A stretch of 46,876 bases of DNA, taken from the NCBI RefSeq assembly GCF_004010195.1, contig NW_025214587.1, positions 1-46,876 on the forward strand, in the 5' to 3' direction. Positions 24,311-35,629 of the stretch are shown in pieces. The position numbers were made by a program, and so were the translations under genes. Source of the DNA: Chiloscyllium plagiosum. Its lineage: Eukaryota. The notes beneath the pieces were generated by a model that worked only from the letters and a program-made list of their open reading frames with translations, ran no database searches and had not been told where the DNA came from. Numbering within the stretch: position 1 is the first letter of the stretch; each line of letters begins with the position of its first letter.

Positions 24311-25053
24311 ATCTCGCTGACACCCTGTTTAAAAGGGGAATAAGGCATAACCTCGATCGTGGGTAAATTCCTGGAATCCATTGTGAAGGATGAGATTTCT
24401 GAATAATTAAGTAGGACGAAGTCAGTATGGTTTCATCAAGGGGAGGTCATGCTAATGAATCTGTTAGAACACTTTGAGGATGTTAAAAGCAGGTTAGACC
24501 AAGGAGAAGTAATGGATACTATGTATCTGGACTTCAAGAAGGACGTTGACAAGGTGCCTCACAGGAGGCTGCTGAGTAAAATTAGGGCCCATGGTGTCAG
24601 AGACAAGGTACTCGTGTGTACAGAAGCTTGACTGTCTGGCAGAAGGTAGAGAGTGGGAATAAAAATGTCCTTCTCAGGATAGCAGCCAATGACAACAGGG
24701 GTTTCGCAAGGGAACCAAAACCTTTTACTTTGTACATTAACAATCTAGATGAAGGAACTGAGGTCAATCCAGCGAGGTTTGTAAATGATGCAGAGGTAGA
24801 TAGAGGGCCAGGTATCATTGAGATGGCAGGGAGGCTGAAGAAGGATTTTGACAGGGTAGGAGAGTGGGCAAAGACGTGGCAAATGGAGTACACTTGGTAA
24901 AGTGCGAGGTTATGCACTTTAGTAGGAAGAAGAGATGCATGGACTATTTTATAACTGGGGAGAAAATTCAGAAGTCTGATGTGCAGAGTGTTGCGAATTC
25001 CATTCAGGATTGTCTCAAGGTAAATGTGCAGGTTATGTCAGTAGTTAGCAAGG

Positions 25054-25720
25054 TGCTGTATCTGCCACACAGTGTGTTTGAAATCTTATATTCAGCAAAG
25101 GAACTGAGTCAACTCTTATAAACAATGATATTTGTTTATTGACGACACTTAATATTAGAACAATAAAACGTATTATACTGTAAAGAAAATCTCTACAATC
25201 TATCTTATGGTTTAACTTAAGTTTGAATGATCACATACCACCCCACCAGCAGTTAACCTTGTTCTTCTAATGGTCTTGTAGGCGTCTTGTCTTTCAGTGG
25301 TTATTCTCGAGTTACCACTCTCTGAGGGGTTTTACAGTGATTCTTATCCTCCCAAGTCTTTACACCTTTTGGGATGGTGTGGAGAATGTGCCAATGGAAT
25401 GATCAGGTTCATTTACCCTGATCAATCAGATCCAACCTGGGGTTGTCACATTAATGGCCCAAGGGTGACATTATATGGTCCCATTCAGGTCCAACTTCAG
25501 GTGTGTATTACAGGGTCTGTAGCTGTCAGGTTTGTTTGCAACCATTTGTGGGTAGCTGCAGCCTGTCTGCATTCTGCTGCATGTGGATGAGCACAGAGAC
25601 TTTGGTCAAGGCTGGGTTCTACTTCCCAGCATGCTTTAATCATTGTTCGTTTTTGTAACTCCATGGTAAAATTATTATTGTCCATCGTAAGATTATTATT
25701 TCAGGTGGCCCATCTGGTCA
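25054..25720. mobile_element. Putative solo LTR (667 bp)
   Basis: Non-coding insertion interrupting the CR1; TG...CA ends; flanks gcaagg (25048-25053) and gaaagg (25721-25726); AATAAA on both strands near the left end. Confidence 0.55.
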
Positions 25721-26140
25721 GAAAGGCAAATACAGTGATGTCATTTCTTTTGTGATGACTTGAATGGATGGATTTCCGCGGCTCTATAAGACTCTGGTCA
25801 GACCACATTTTTTGTATTGTGTACTGTTTGGGGACCCATAACTCAGGAATGATGTACCACCCCAGAGTGTGTTCAGAGGAGATTCATAAGAATGGTCCTC
25901 GGAATTACAAGCTCAAAATATGAGGTCCCATGGTCTATACTCGCTGCAGTTTATAAGGATGAAGGGGGATCTATTAGAAGCATACAGAATACTGGTTGCC
26001 TGGTTAGAGTAGACATTGGGAAGATGCTTCCACTGTTAGGAGAGAAAGGACTCAAGGACATAGTCTGAGAGTCAAGAGAACATCTTTAGAACAGAGATAA
26101 GGAGAAACGTCTTCAGCTTGAGAGTGGTGAATCTATGGTA

Positions 26141-26343
26141 GAATGGCAGTTTCCTCCCCTAAAGGACGTCAGTGAACCAGGTGAGTTTTTCTTGGCAATC
26201 TATTCATAACCACCGTCAGTCTCTTAATTCCAGATTTGAATTCAAACTTCGCCACCTGCTGTGAGAGGATTTGGAGCCAGGTCACTCGAACATTATATGG
26301 GTTTATCACATTAGAATTCAATGATAACACCACAAGGCCATTG
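26141..26343 (-). mobile_element. Second SINE family, 5' half
   Basis: Antisense ggcagtttcctcccctaaaggacgtcagtgaaccag..ttaattccagatttgaattcaaa..ccacctgc. Confidence 0.7.
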
Positions 26344-26694
26344 ACGAGCTAAAGTCTTCCGCAGTGTGACTAACATGTGCAGTATGACATGCAATGGGAT
26401 TTGCCTTCATGTTATCCTTGACTTCCTTATCAAGATATGGATGTTTTTTTCTCCGTAATGCAATTCCTCTTCGGTCCTTAGCCAAATTTCTTCAGCTGTC
26501 CTGCCTTTGACTGTTCTTTTCTCCCTCCAGACAACTACAGCCAAGTCCTTCCTTATCATTGCCTAACACTAAAACTCTCATGTATGACTCAGTCTTCACT
26601 CTTTCAATCTGAATGTGAAACTCCAGCATGTTGTGGTTATTCCAAGGCAAAGATCATCTACCATTCCTTCCTTGTTACATAATATCAAATCTAA

Positions 26695-26977
26695 ATTAGA
26701 TTAGATTCCCTAAAGTATGGAAACATGCCCTTCGGCCCAACAAGTCCACCCTGACTTTCTGAAGAAACACCCACCCAGTCCCATTTCCCTCTGAGTAATA
26801 TACCTAACTCAATGGGCAATTTAGCACGGCCAATTCACTTGACCTGCACATCTTCGGACTGTGGGAGGAAACCCACGCAGACCGGGGAAGAATGTGCAAT
26901 CTACACGTAGACAATCCCCCGAGGCTGGAATCGAACCTGGGACCCTGGTGCTGTGGTAACCACTGAGCCACCGTGCC
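26695..26977 (-). mobile_element. HE1-like V-SINE inserted in a minus-strand CR1 EN remnant
   Basis: attagattagatt tail, gcccttcggcccaacaagtcca, V-domain, accactgagccaccgtgcc head. Confidence 0.88.
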
Positions 26978-27354
26978 ATCCCATTCCCTGGTTGGTTCCA
27001 TGAAGTCCTGCTCTCAGAAATAATTTCTCATACATTCTATGAATCTTTATTCAAGGATATCACTGTCAAGTTGATCTATTGAGCCGATTTGCATTTTTAA
27101 ACCATCCATAGTTACTGTTCTGCCCTTCCTACAATCCCCCACTCATTTCTACCTCAGACGTACTTTGGGGTGGGGGGGGGGGGGGGGTAGGTGACAGTGG
27201 CTGAAAATTATTTTTCCCAAGAGGTTTCTTCTCTTGCTTTTTATTTGCACTGAGATGGATGTCAAATATTTTTTGGCGAAAAACACTTTGAAAAGGTTCC
27301 CACTCGCAGGAACAAATGTTTATTTTCTTTTCACTAGCCACATTTCATAGTAAA

Positions 27355-29030
27355 TATCGAGGATTTAAAAGGGCCAAAAGTGGTCATGAGATATCGGTAG
27401 CAAACAGGGTTGAGGAATATCCCAAAGAGTTATTTTCATATATAAGGAGCAAGAGTGTAACTAGAGAAATGTTTGGGACACACAAGGACAAAGGAAGAAA
27501 GTTATGCATGGAGTCAGATAAAATGGGTGAGTTTTGTAGTGAGTACTTTGCATTTGTCTTCACCAATGAGAGGGACATAACAGACGTTGAGTTTAAGGAT
27601 AGATCTCTGAGTACCCTGGGTCAAGTCAACATAAAATGGGAGGAAGTTTTGGATACTCTAAAAGGTATTAAGGTAGACAAGCCCCCAAGTCCGGATGGGA
27701 TCAACCACAGGTTACTGAGGGATGTGAGTGTGGAAATAACTGGGGCTTTAACGTATATCTTTGCAGGATGATTGGACATGGGTGAGGCCCCGGAGGACTG
27801 GCCAATTGCAAATATTGTCCCCTTGTTTAAGAAGGATAGTGGGATAATCCAGGTAATTGTAGACCGCCAAGATTGACAGTGGTCGGGAAGCGGCTGGAGC
27901 AGATAATGAGGGACTTGAGGAAGGCGTTTTATTAGGTTCCCCACGGTCGGCTGATGGAGAAGGTGAAGTCGCATGGGGTCCAGATTGTTCTATCTAGATG
28001 GATAGAGAACTGGCTGGGCAACAGGAGACAGAGAGTAGTAGTAGAAGGGGATTTCTCAAAATGGAGACCTATGACCAGTGGTGTGCAACAGCGATCCGTG
28101 CTGGGATCGCTGATGTTTGTGATATATATTAATGATTTGGAAGAAGGTATCGGTTGCCTGATTAGCAAGTTTGCAGGTGACACCAAGATTGTTGGAGTAG
28201 CAGATAGTGATGGGGACTGTCAGAGAATACAGCAGAAAATAGATAGATTGGAGAGATGGCCACAGAATTGGCAGATGGAGTTCAATCTGTGCAAATGCAA
28301 GGTGATGCGTTTTGAAAGATCCAGTTCAAGCGTGAACAATGCAGTAAACGGATAAGCACTGGAGAAAATTGATTTACAGCGAGATCTGGGTGTTCGGCTC
28401 CATTGTTTCCTGAAGATGCTAACACAGGTCAGTAAAATGGTAAATACGGTATATGGCATGCTTTCCTTCATTGGATCAGGTGTTGAGTACAAACGTTGGC
28501 AGGTCATGTTACAGTTGCATACGACTTTGGTTTGGCCATTTGGAATACTGCATATAGTTCTGGCCACCACATTAACAAAAGGATGTGGATGCTTTGAATA
28601 GGGTACTGAGTAGGTTAACCACAATGCTGCGTGGGATGGACGGTGCTGGTTATGCAGAAAGATTGAGTAGATTAGGAATATTTTCATTACAAAGATGGAG
28701 GTTGAGGTCTACAAAATCAAGGCAGATATACACAGGGTGGATAGCAAGAAGCTTTTTCACCAGATTGTGGAACTCAATTACTCGGGGTCATGAGTTTAAA
28801 GTGAGTGGGGAAAGGTTTAGGGCAGATATATTTGGGAGGTTCTTTACACATAGGGCGGTGGCAGCCTGGAACGATAGCATTATCTAAGATGTATTTAGAC
28901 AGATACATGAATGGGCAGGGATCAGAGGTATACAGACTCTTAGAAAATAGTTGGCAGGTTTAGAAAATAGGGGATCTGGCTTGGGGGGCCAAAGCGTCTG
29001 TTCCTGTGTTGGAATGATCTTTGTTCTTTA
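27355..29030 (+). mobile_element. CR1/HER1-like LINE, ORF2 3' portion to tail, with an internal deletion
   Basis: KVDKPPSPDGINHRLL, PEDWPIANIVPLFKK, NWLGNRRQRVVVEG, SKFAGDTKI, WQMEFN; tail gggccaaagcgtctgttcctgtgtt..tttgttcttt. Confidence 0.9.
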
Positions 29031-29142
29031 TCATTCATTCTAAAAATAGCAAGTTTTCAACTTATTGTTTGCTACAATTTAATAATGTAAATGATTTATT
29101 TATTTGAAAGTGCATGTCAAATTATTGTCATTTCTAAATTAC

Positions 29143-30330
29143 AGTCACAGGGTCAAAGAGATGTACAGCATGAAACAGACCCTTCGGTCCAACTTGTCCA
29201 CGCCAACCAGATATCCCAACCCAATCTAGTCCCACCTGCCAACACTCAGCCCATATCCCTCGAAACACTTTCTATTCATATACTCATCCAGGCGCCATCT
29301 AAATGTTGCAATTGTACTAACCGCCACAACTTCCTCTGGCAGTTCATTCCACGCAAGTCCAACCCTCTGAGTGAAAAAAGTGCCCCTTACATCTCTTTTA
29401 CATTTTTCCCTTCCCAACCGAAACCGATGCCCTCTAGTTCTGGACTCCCCTAACCCAGACAAAAGACCTTGTCTATTTACCTTATCCATGCCACTCATGA
29501 TTTTATAAACCTCTATAAGGTCACCCCTCAGTCTCCAACGTTCCAGGGAATACGGCCCCAGCCTGTTCAACCTCCAGCTGCCGCTCAAACCCACCAACCT
29601 TGGCAATATGCACGTAAATCTTTTCTGAACCTTTTCAAGTTTCACCTGATCGATCAGGTCCTGGGGATTTTTCCACCTTCATGCGTTTCAAGACATCCAG
29701 CACTTCTTCCTCTGTATTATGGACATTTTTCAAGATATCACCATCTATTTCTCCGTATATCTACATCTCCCATGTCCTTCTCCTGAGTAAACATTGATAC
29801 GAAATACTCGTTTAGTATCTCTCCCATCTCCTGCGGCTCCACGCAAATGTACCTTTCTGATCTTTGAGGGCTCTATTCTCTCCCTGTTTACCCTTTTGTT
29901 CTCAATGTATTTGTAGTCTTTTTGGATTCTCCTTAACTCTATTTGCCAAAGTTATCTCATGTCCCCTTTTTGCCTTCCTGATTTCCCTCTTTCGTATACT
30001 CCTTCTGCCTTTATACTCTTCTAAGAATTCACTCTATCTATCCTGCCTGTGCCTATCATATCCTTCCTTCTTATTCTTAAGCAGACTCTCAATTTCTTTA
30101 GTCAACCTTTCGTTTTACCCTAACAAGAATATACTGTTTCTAGTCTCTGGCTATCTAATTTCTGAAGGCTTCTCATTTTCTATCCGTCCGCTTACCTGCG
30201 AACATTTGCCACCATCAGCTTTTAAAAGATCTTGCCTAATACCGTCAAAATTGGCCTTTCTCCAATTTAGAACGTCAACTTTTAGATCTAGACTATCCTT
30301 TTCCATCATTATATTAAAACTAATAGAATT
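29143..30330 (-). mobile_element. CR1 3' end (29143-29645) abutting a more 5' CR1 ORF2 piece (29650-30330)
   Basis: LEKVQKRFT..LNRLGPYSLERWRLRGDLIEVYKIM..FFTQRV..WNELPEEVV. Confidence 0.88.
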
Positions 30331-30729
30331 GTTGGAAAATAACTGAAGTTAACATTTCAGGTGAGAAATTGAATCGATTGATTATATTTAAATGTGTAAG
30401 CGTTATAATTCTATTTGATTGTTCAATAATTTGCTCACTATGAATATTCAATCAGTCAGAGGTCAACCATTTTGCAAATGATAGAGCGACAATTTAGGCA
30501 TTTGAATACTGAGATTCAATGTGTAATTATGATCACCAGCATAGTGAGACAACATGTTCTTTTTCGATAAAAGCAAAATGTGCATTCTTTACTTTTGTAT
30601 CATAAAAGGTTGTTCGGTGTTTATATTTTAATTCCATCAATATAGAATCAATGTTATCGTTTTCAGAGTTGATGCAGTTATTGTTCAGTTGAATAATTGT
30701 AGCTCATACCTTATTATTGCCCAATTCAC

Positions 30730-31470
30730 AAACATGGCAAACCCCTGATTATTGTTCAGGTTAGCAAACCCATCACTTTGCATCATGACCAACATTAAAA
30801 GTGGATTCCAAAAGGGTGAATTCATGTACAGTGTTACTGGACCTCACAACTGCATGTAGCACTCAGAGAGACACTGGCCTGGTCCTGAATCTGTGAAGAG
30901 AGTTTCCCACCTGGGTTAGAGCAGTCATTCAAACATTCCCTCACAGAGAATCATTTGGAATTCACCTTGAGCAGGAGGAAACTAGCTAACAGGCTATCAC
31001 TACTCTCAGTGTAGGTACAAATGCTGTCTAAATTAGATACCAATGACTGACCAGGAACCAGGCCTTATAAATTCATCCTCAGTCAGAGCCTGGCCCATGG
31101 AGCAGATGTATGAACATGGAGTATCAGAATCACATCGCACAAGTTACTTATGATGATGCCATCTGGCATGCCCCCAGACTCCATACATCTGCACCCTGGA
31201 CCAGACACTGCGTGAAAGCGTTCACAATTGACAGTCTATTGCAGTATTTTGTGTCTCACGGTGAACCCTCTGAAACTATATCCAATAAGTGTACCTTCAC
31301 ATTCAACAGTATCAAAATAAAATTATAAATGCCTGTGGATGGTCAGATACTAATTCATAGGTCACCCAACAGAATGTATCGGAAGAAACCAGGAACAAAC
31401 CTTGCAAGCCAAAAATCGCTTTACGAACTGAACTTGGTGGATTTTGTCTGGTCTAGATAACCACACATAC
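30730..31470 (+). mobile_element. Ancient Vingi/Ingi-like (I-group) non-LTR RT remnant
   Basis: TNIKSGFQKG..VLLDLTTACST..TGLVLNL..FPTWV..F.IHL (cf. TFIENGFQ..GAVFLDLTAAYDTVWHTGLL.KL), later TLDQTL (cf. GVTLDRTL) and NRF.RTE. Confidence 0.55.
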
Positions 31471-31612
31471 TCTGCTGACACTCAGATGAATGTAACAATT
31501 ACATCAAAACTGGTAATCTTGGTCTAACGCCCCTCCCCACTTTCCTGACCTCACACACCTCACTCCCTCACACATTCACCAACTGACGAAAATCCACAAT
31601 CTGATGAAATTT

Positions 31613-32945
31613 GGAACATTGAACAGTACAGCACAGTGCAGGCATTTCAGCCCTCAATGTTTTGCCAGCTTTTATCCTACTCTAAGATCAGACTAACCTA
31701 CATAACCTTCAATGCACTCACTTTCGTGTGTCTATCCAAGACTTAAATATTCCTAATCTATCTGACACTGCTATCACCGCTGGCGTGAAGCCCTAGCCGC
31801 ACAACCTTTCTTTGTAAGACATGCCCTCCAGTCCTTGCAGCACCCTGGTAAGTCTCCTCTGCACACTCTCTGACGCTTCCACGTGTTTCCTATAATGAGG
31901 CAACAGAACTGAACACAATATTCCAAGTGTGGTTGAACTACAGCTTTATAGAGCGAAGGAATAACCTCGCTGCTCTTAAACGCAATCTCCCGATAATGAA
32001 AGACAACACACCACATTCCTTCTGAACAGCCCTATCAACTTGGGTGGCAACTTTGAGAGATCTATGGACAATGACCCCAAGATCCCTCTGTCACTCCACA
32101 CTGCCAAGAATTCTGCTTTTAACCCTGTATTCTTTATGCAAATGCAACCTTCCAAAATAAATTGCTTCACACTTTTTAATGTTGAACTCTATCTGCCACT
32201 TATTCGCCCAGCTCTGCATCCTGTCAATATCCTGTTGCAACATACAATAGCCCTCCACACTATCCACAACCCCAGCAATCTCCGTGTCATCGGCAAAGTT
32301 ACTAACTTACTTGTCCACTTCCTCATCAAAGCCATTTATAAAAATTGAAAGGAGCACAGGTCCCCGAGCCGATCCCTTTGGAACACCACTGGTCACTGAG
32401 CTCCATACTGTATACTTTCCATCTGCAACCATCTTCTGTCTTCTATGAGCCAGTCACGCCTGTATCCATACAGCCAAATTTCTCTGCACCCCATGCTTCC
32501 GTACCTTCTGAATGAGCCTACAATGCGGAATGCCTTGCTAAAATTTTTGTTGACCACATCTACTGGTCGACCTTTATTAATGTGTTTTTTTACATCTTCA
32601 AAGAATTCAATAAGGTTTCTGACAGAGGACCTGTTCCTCACAACGCCATGCTGGCTATCTGAAATCAAAATATCGTTTTCTATGTAATTGTAAATACTGT
32701 CTCTCAGAAACGTCTGCAATACTTTGCCCACCACTGATGTAAGACTGACTGTTCGGTCATTCCTAGAGTTATCCCTATTGCCTTTCCCGAACAAGGGAAT
32801 AACATTTGTCACCCTCCAAACATCTAGCTGGCACTGCTCCAGTGGGCAGTGAGGACGCAAATATCATCGCCAAAGGTACGCCAGTCTCTCCCATCACTTC
32901 CGGGAGTAACCTAGTGTAAGCCCATCTGGCCCAGGGGGTTTACCT
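31613..32945 (-). mobile_element. CR1/HER1-like LINE, 5'-truncated
   Basis: DVWRVTNVIPLFGKG..VSLTSVVGK..SQHG..NLIEFFEDV; LYKAVVQPHLEYCVQF; antisense tail gaacattgaacagtacagcacag. Confidence 0.9.
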
Positions 32946-33129
32946 ATCCTTATGGTTGTAATTCATTCAATCAGTGTATATTTCCCTTCAACTTTTCTAC
33001 ACACTGTCCAACCAACTGATTGATTGCTTTCCATTTCAGCGCAGCATACAGTGCTGCCTTCCTGAGTAAGTACAGTTCACAACATTCTGTGAAGCATGGA
33101 ATTAAAAAATAAAGGAATGCACCAATGCC

Positions 33130-33258
33130 TTCCTGATGAAGAGATTATGACCGAAACATCGACTCTCCTGCCCCTCGGAGGCTGCCTGATCTGCTGTACT
33201 TTTCTTGCACCACACTTTTTGATTCTGAACTCCACCAACTGCAGACCTCAGTTTCTCC
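33130..33258 (+). mobile_element. Penelope-like terminal repeat with hammerhead-like core
   Basis: ttcCTGATGAagagattatgaccGAAAcatcgactctcctg..gctgcctgatctgctg..ctgcagacctcagtttctcc. Confidence 0.65.
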
Positions 33259-33544
33259 ATAACTGAGGGCTGTCCCCTCTGCACACTGAGGGGGGTAATT
33301 AACCATCAGGACTAATTGTATGTGGAGCTGACTGCTCAGTTCTGGAAAGTTGCACTTGATAAATACATTTTTTAAAAAAAAGAAATTACAATTCCACAGA
33401 TATTCATTCAGTGCTAGAGTTAGAGTTGTGATTCATGGTTTCAGCAGCTTGATAACAAACAGGATATGACTGAAGAGCTCCGAGGTACAGGGTATTCCAG
33501 GTATTATAGTCCAGCTTACGTTAATGCTGAGAGTATTTTCAGAC

Positions 33545-33790
33545 AGGCTGACAGATGTGATAAAGGAATGAGTTGATATGTGGAGGTGTGACATTTTTAC
33601 CATCACAGAGGCGCATTTGAGGGAGGTCAGGGCTAACAACTCAATACTCTGTTGTACTGTAACTATAGGTAGAACAGGGCAGGATGTTAAAGAGGATGTG
33701 GTGTTGCTTTATGAATTAACAAGTCAGTTACTGCTGAAAGGATGGACAATATCTTGGAAGGGTCTTCAAATGACGCTTTGAGGGACGAGG
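33545..33790 (+). mobile_element. CR1 endonuclease N-terminal fragment
   Basis: DMWRCDIFTITEAHLRE (cf. DIIAITETWLRE). Confidence 0.6.
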
Positions 33791-33899
33791 TTTGAATCAA
33801 AATGATGACACACACACTGCTTTTTAAAGCACCTTTTAGCTTACAGTGTGGAAACAGGCCCTTCGGACCAGCAAGTCCGCACAGACCCTCCGAAGAGCA

Positions 33900-35402
33900 A
33901 CATTAAGATTGACAAGTCGCCATGCCCGGATCAGATTTGTCCTCAGCTGCTTTGGAAAACGAGAAATATGATTGCTTCGTCACTCTCGAAGATCTTTGCA
34001 TCCTCGGTCTCCACTGGAGTCGTACCTGAGGACTGGGGGGAGGCAAATGTAATTCCTCTCTTCAAGAAAGAAAATAGTGAATTCCCGTGCAATTACAGTC
34101 CAGAAAGTCTCACGTTTGTTGTCTGCAAGGTGTTAGAAAGGATGCTGAGGGATAGGATTTATGACCATCTGGAAATGCATGGCTTGATTAAATGCAGTCA
34201 ACACGACTTTGTGAGGGGCAGGTCATGATGAGGGTCGAGCTGTGGATGTGGTGTATATGGACTTCAGCAAGGCATTTGATAAGGTTCCCCATGGTAGGCT
34301 CATTCAGCAGGTCAGGAGGAATGGGATACAGGGGAACCTAGCTGTCTGATTACAGAATTGGCTGGCCTACGGAAGACAGCGAGTGGAAATAGAAGGAAAA
34401 TATTCTGCCTGGAAGTCAGTGTTGAGTGGTGTTCCACAGGGCTCTGTCCATGGGGCTCCACTGTTTGTAATTTTTATTAATGACTTGCATGAGGGGCTTG
34501 AAGGATGTGACAGCAAGTTTTCAGACGACACAAAGGTTGGAGGCGTCGTTGACGGTATAGAAGGATGTTGTAGGCTTCAGAGGGCATTGACAGAATGCAG
34601 AGGTGGGCTGAGAGGTGGCAGATGGAGTTCAGCCTGGATAAATGCGAGGTGATTCATTTTGGAAGGTCGAATTTGAAAGCTGAGTATAGGATTAAGGATA
34701 GGATTCTTGACAGTATGGAGGAACAGAGATATCTTGGTAGGCAGGTATATGGATCCCTTAAAATGGCCACCCAGTGGACAGGGTTGTTAAGAAAGCATGT
34801 GGTGTTTTGGCTTTCATTAACAGGGGGATGGAGTTTAAGAGTTATGACATCTTCTTGCAGCTCTATAAAACGTTGGTTAGACCGCACTTGGAATAACGCG
34901 TCCAGTTCTGGTCGCTCTATTATAGGAAAGATGTGAATGATTTGGAGAGGGTTCAAAGGAGGTTTACCAGGATTCTGCCTGGAATGGAGGGTTTATCCTA
35001 TGAAGAGAGGTTGACTGAGCTCGGACTTCTTTCATTGGAGAAAAGGATGAGGAGAGGGGAACCAATTTGGGGTATACAAGATAATGACAGGCATAGATAG
35101 AGTCGAACACCAGAGACTTTTCCCAGGCCAGAAATGGCCAAAACGAGGTGTCATAGTTTTAAGCTGGTTGGAGGAAAGGACAGAGGGGATGTCAGAGGCG
35201 GGTTCTTTACACAGACAGTTGTGAGAGCATGGAATGCGTTGCCAGCAGCAGTACTGGATGCAAGGTCATTGGGGATATTTAAGAGACTGCTGGACATGCA
35301 TATGGTCACAGAAATTTGAGGATTCATACATGAGTTCCAACGGTCAGCACAACATCGTGGGCTGAAGGGCTTGTTCTGTGCTGTACTGTTCTATGCTCTA
35401 TT
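33900..35402 (+). mobile_element. CR1/HER1-like LINE, 5'-truncated, relatively young
   Basis: IKIDKSPCPDQICPQLL, VPEDW.EANVIPLFKK, DVVYMDFSKAFDKVPHGRL, SGVPQGSV, SKFSDDTK; tail gggctgaagggcttgttctgtgctgtactgttctatg. Confidence 0.93.
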
Positions 35403-35629
35403 TCAAAGTCCTTGTACCAAATAATAACTTGGCTGTGGAACTGAGACCCATCATTTTAATGCTCCACACTGTGAGTTGTGCACTGTTTTCAACATATTAT
35501 TCTAAAGATGAACTGAATAAAAGGAGGATTTTGTGTTTATTGAACTACCTAAAAGTTGATATTATGAAAGGATGTCGGACCTTCAGTAAAAAAAGACTTT
35601 GCCGTTAATGGTTAGAACAATGCTGCAAA

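Larger units (their letters stand above)
18819..24320 (-). mobile_element. Apparently full-length L1-clade non-LTR retrotransposon (~5.5 kb), inactivated
   Basis: 5'UTR, ORF1, ORF2 and A/T-rich 3'UTR with AATAAA (antisense tttatt 18835-18840); flanked by direct repeat caccctgttt at 18809-18818 and 24321-24330. Confidence 0.92.
18740..26140 (+). mobile_element. Host CR1 ORF2 copy split by the L1 (18819-24320) and a putative solo LTR (25054-25720)
   Basis: RVPEDEKIANV.P before 18818 continues as FKRG after 24330, then NLLEHFEDV..DTMYLDFKKDVDKVPHRRLL, FVNDAEV, EWAKTWQMEY; resumes at 25721 with kANTVM..LVRPH. Confidence 0.85.

Noticed and set aside
27166..27192. Functional G-quadruplex (also poly-C at ~12908 and ~22936)
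   Set aside because: Simple homopolymer runs in or next to TE debris; no further support
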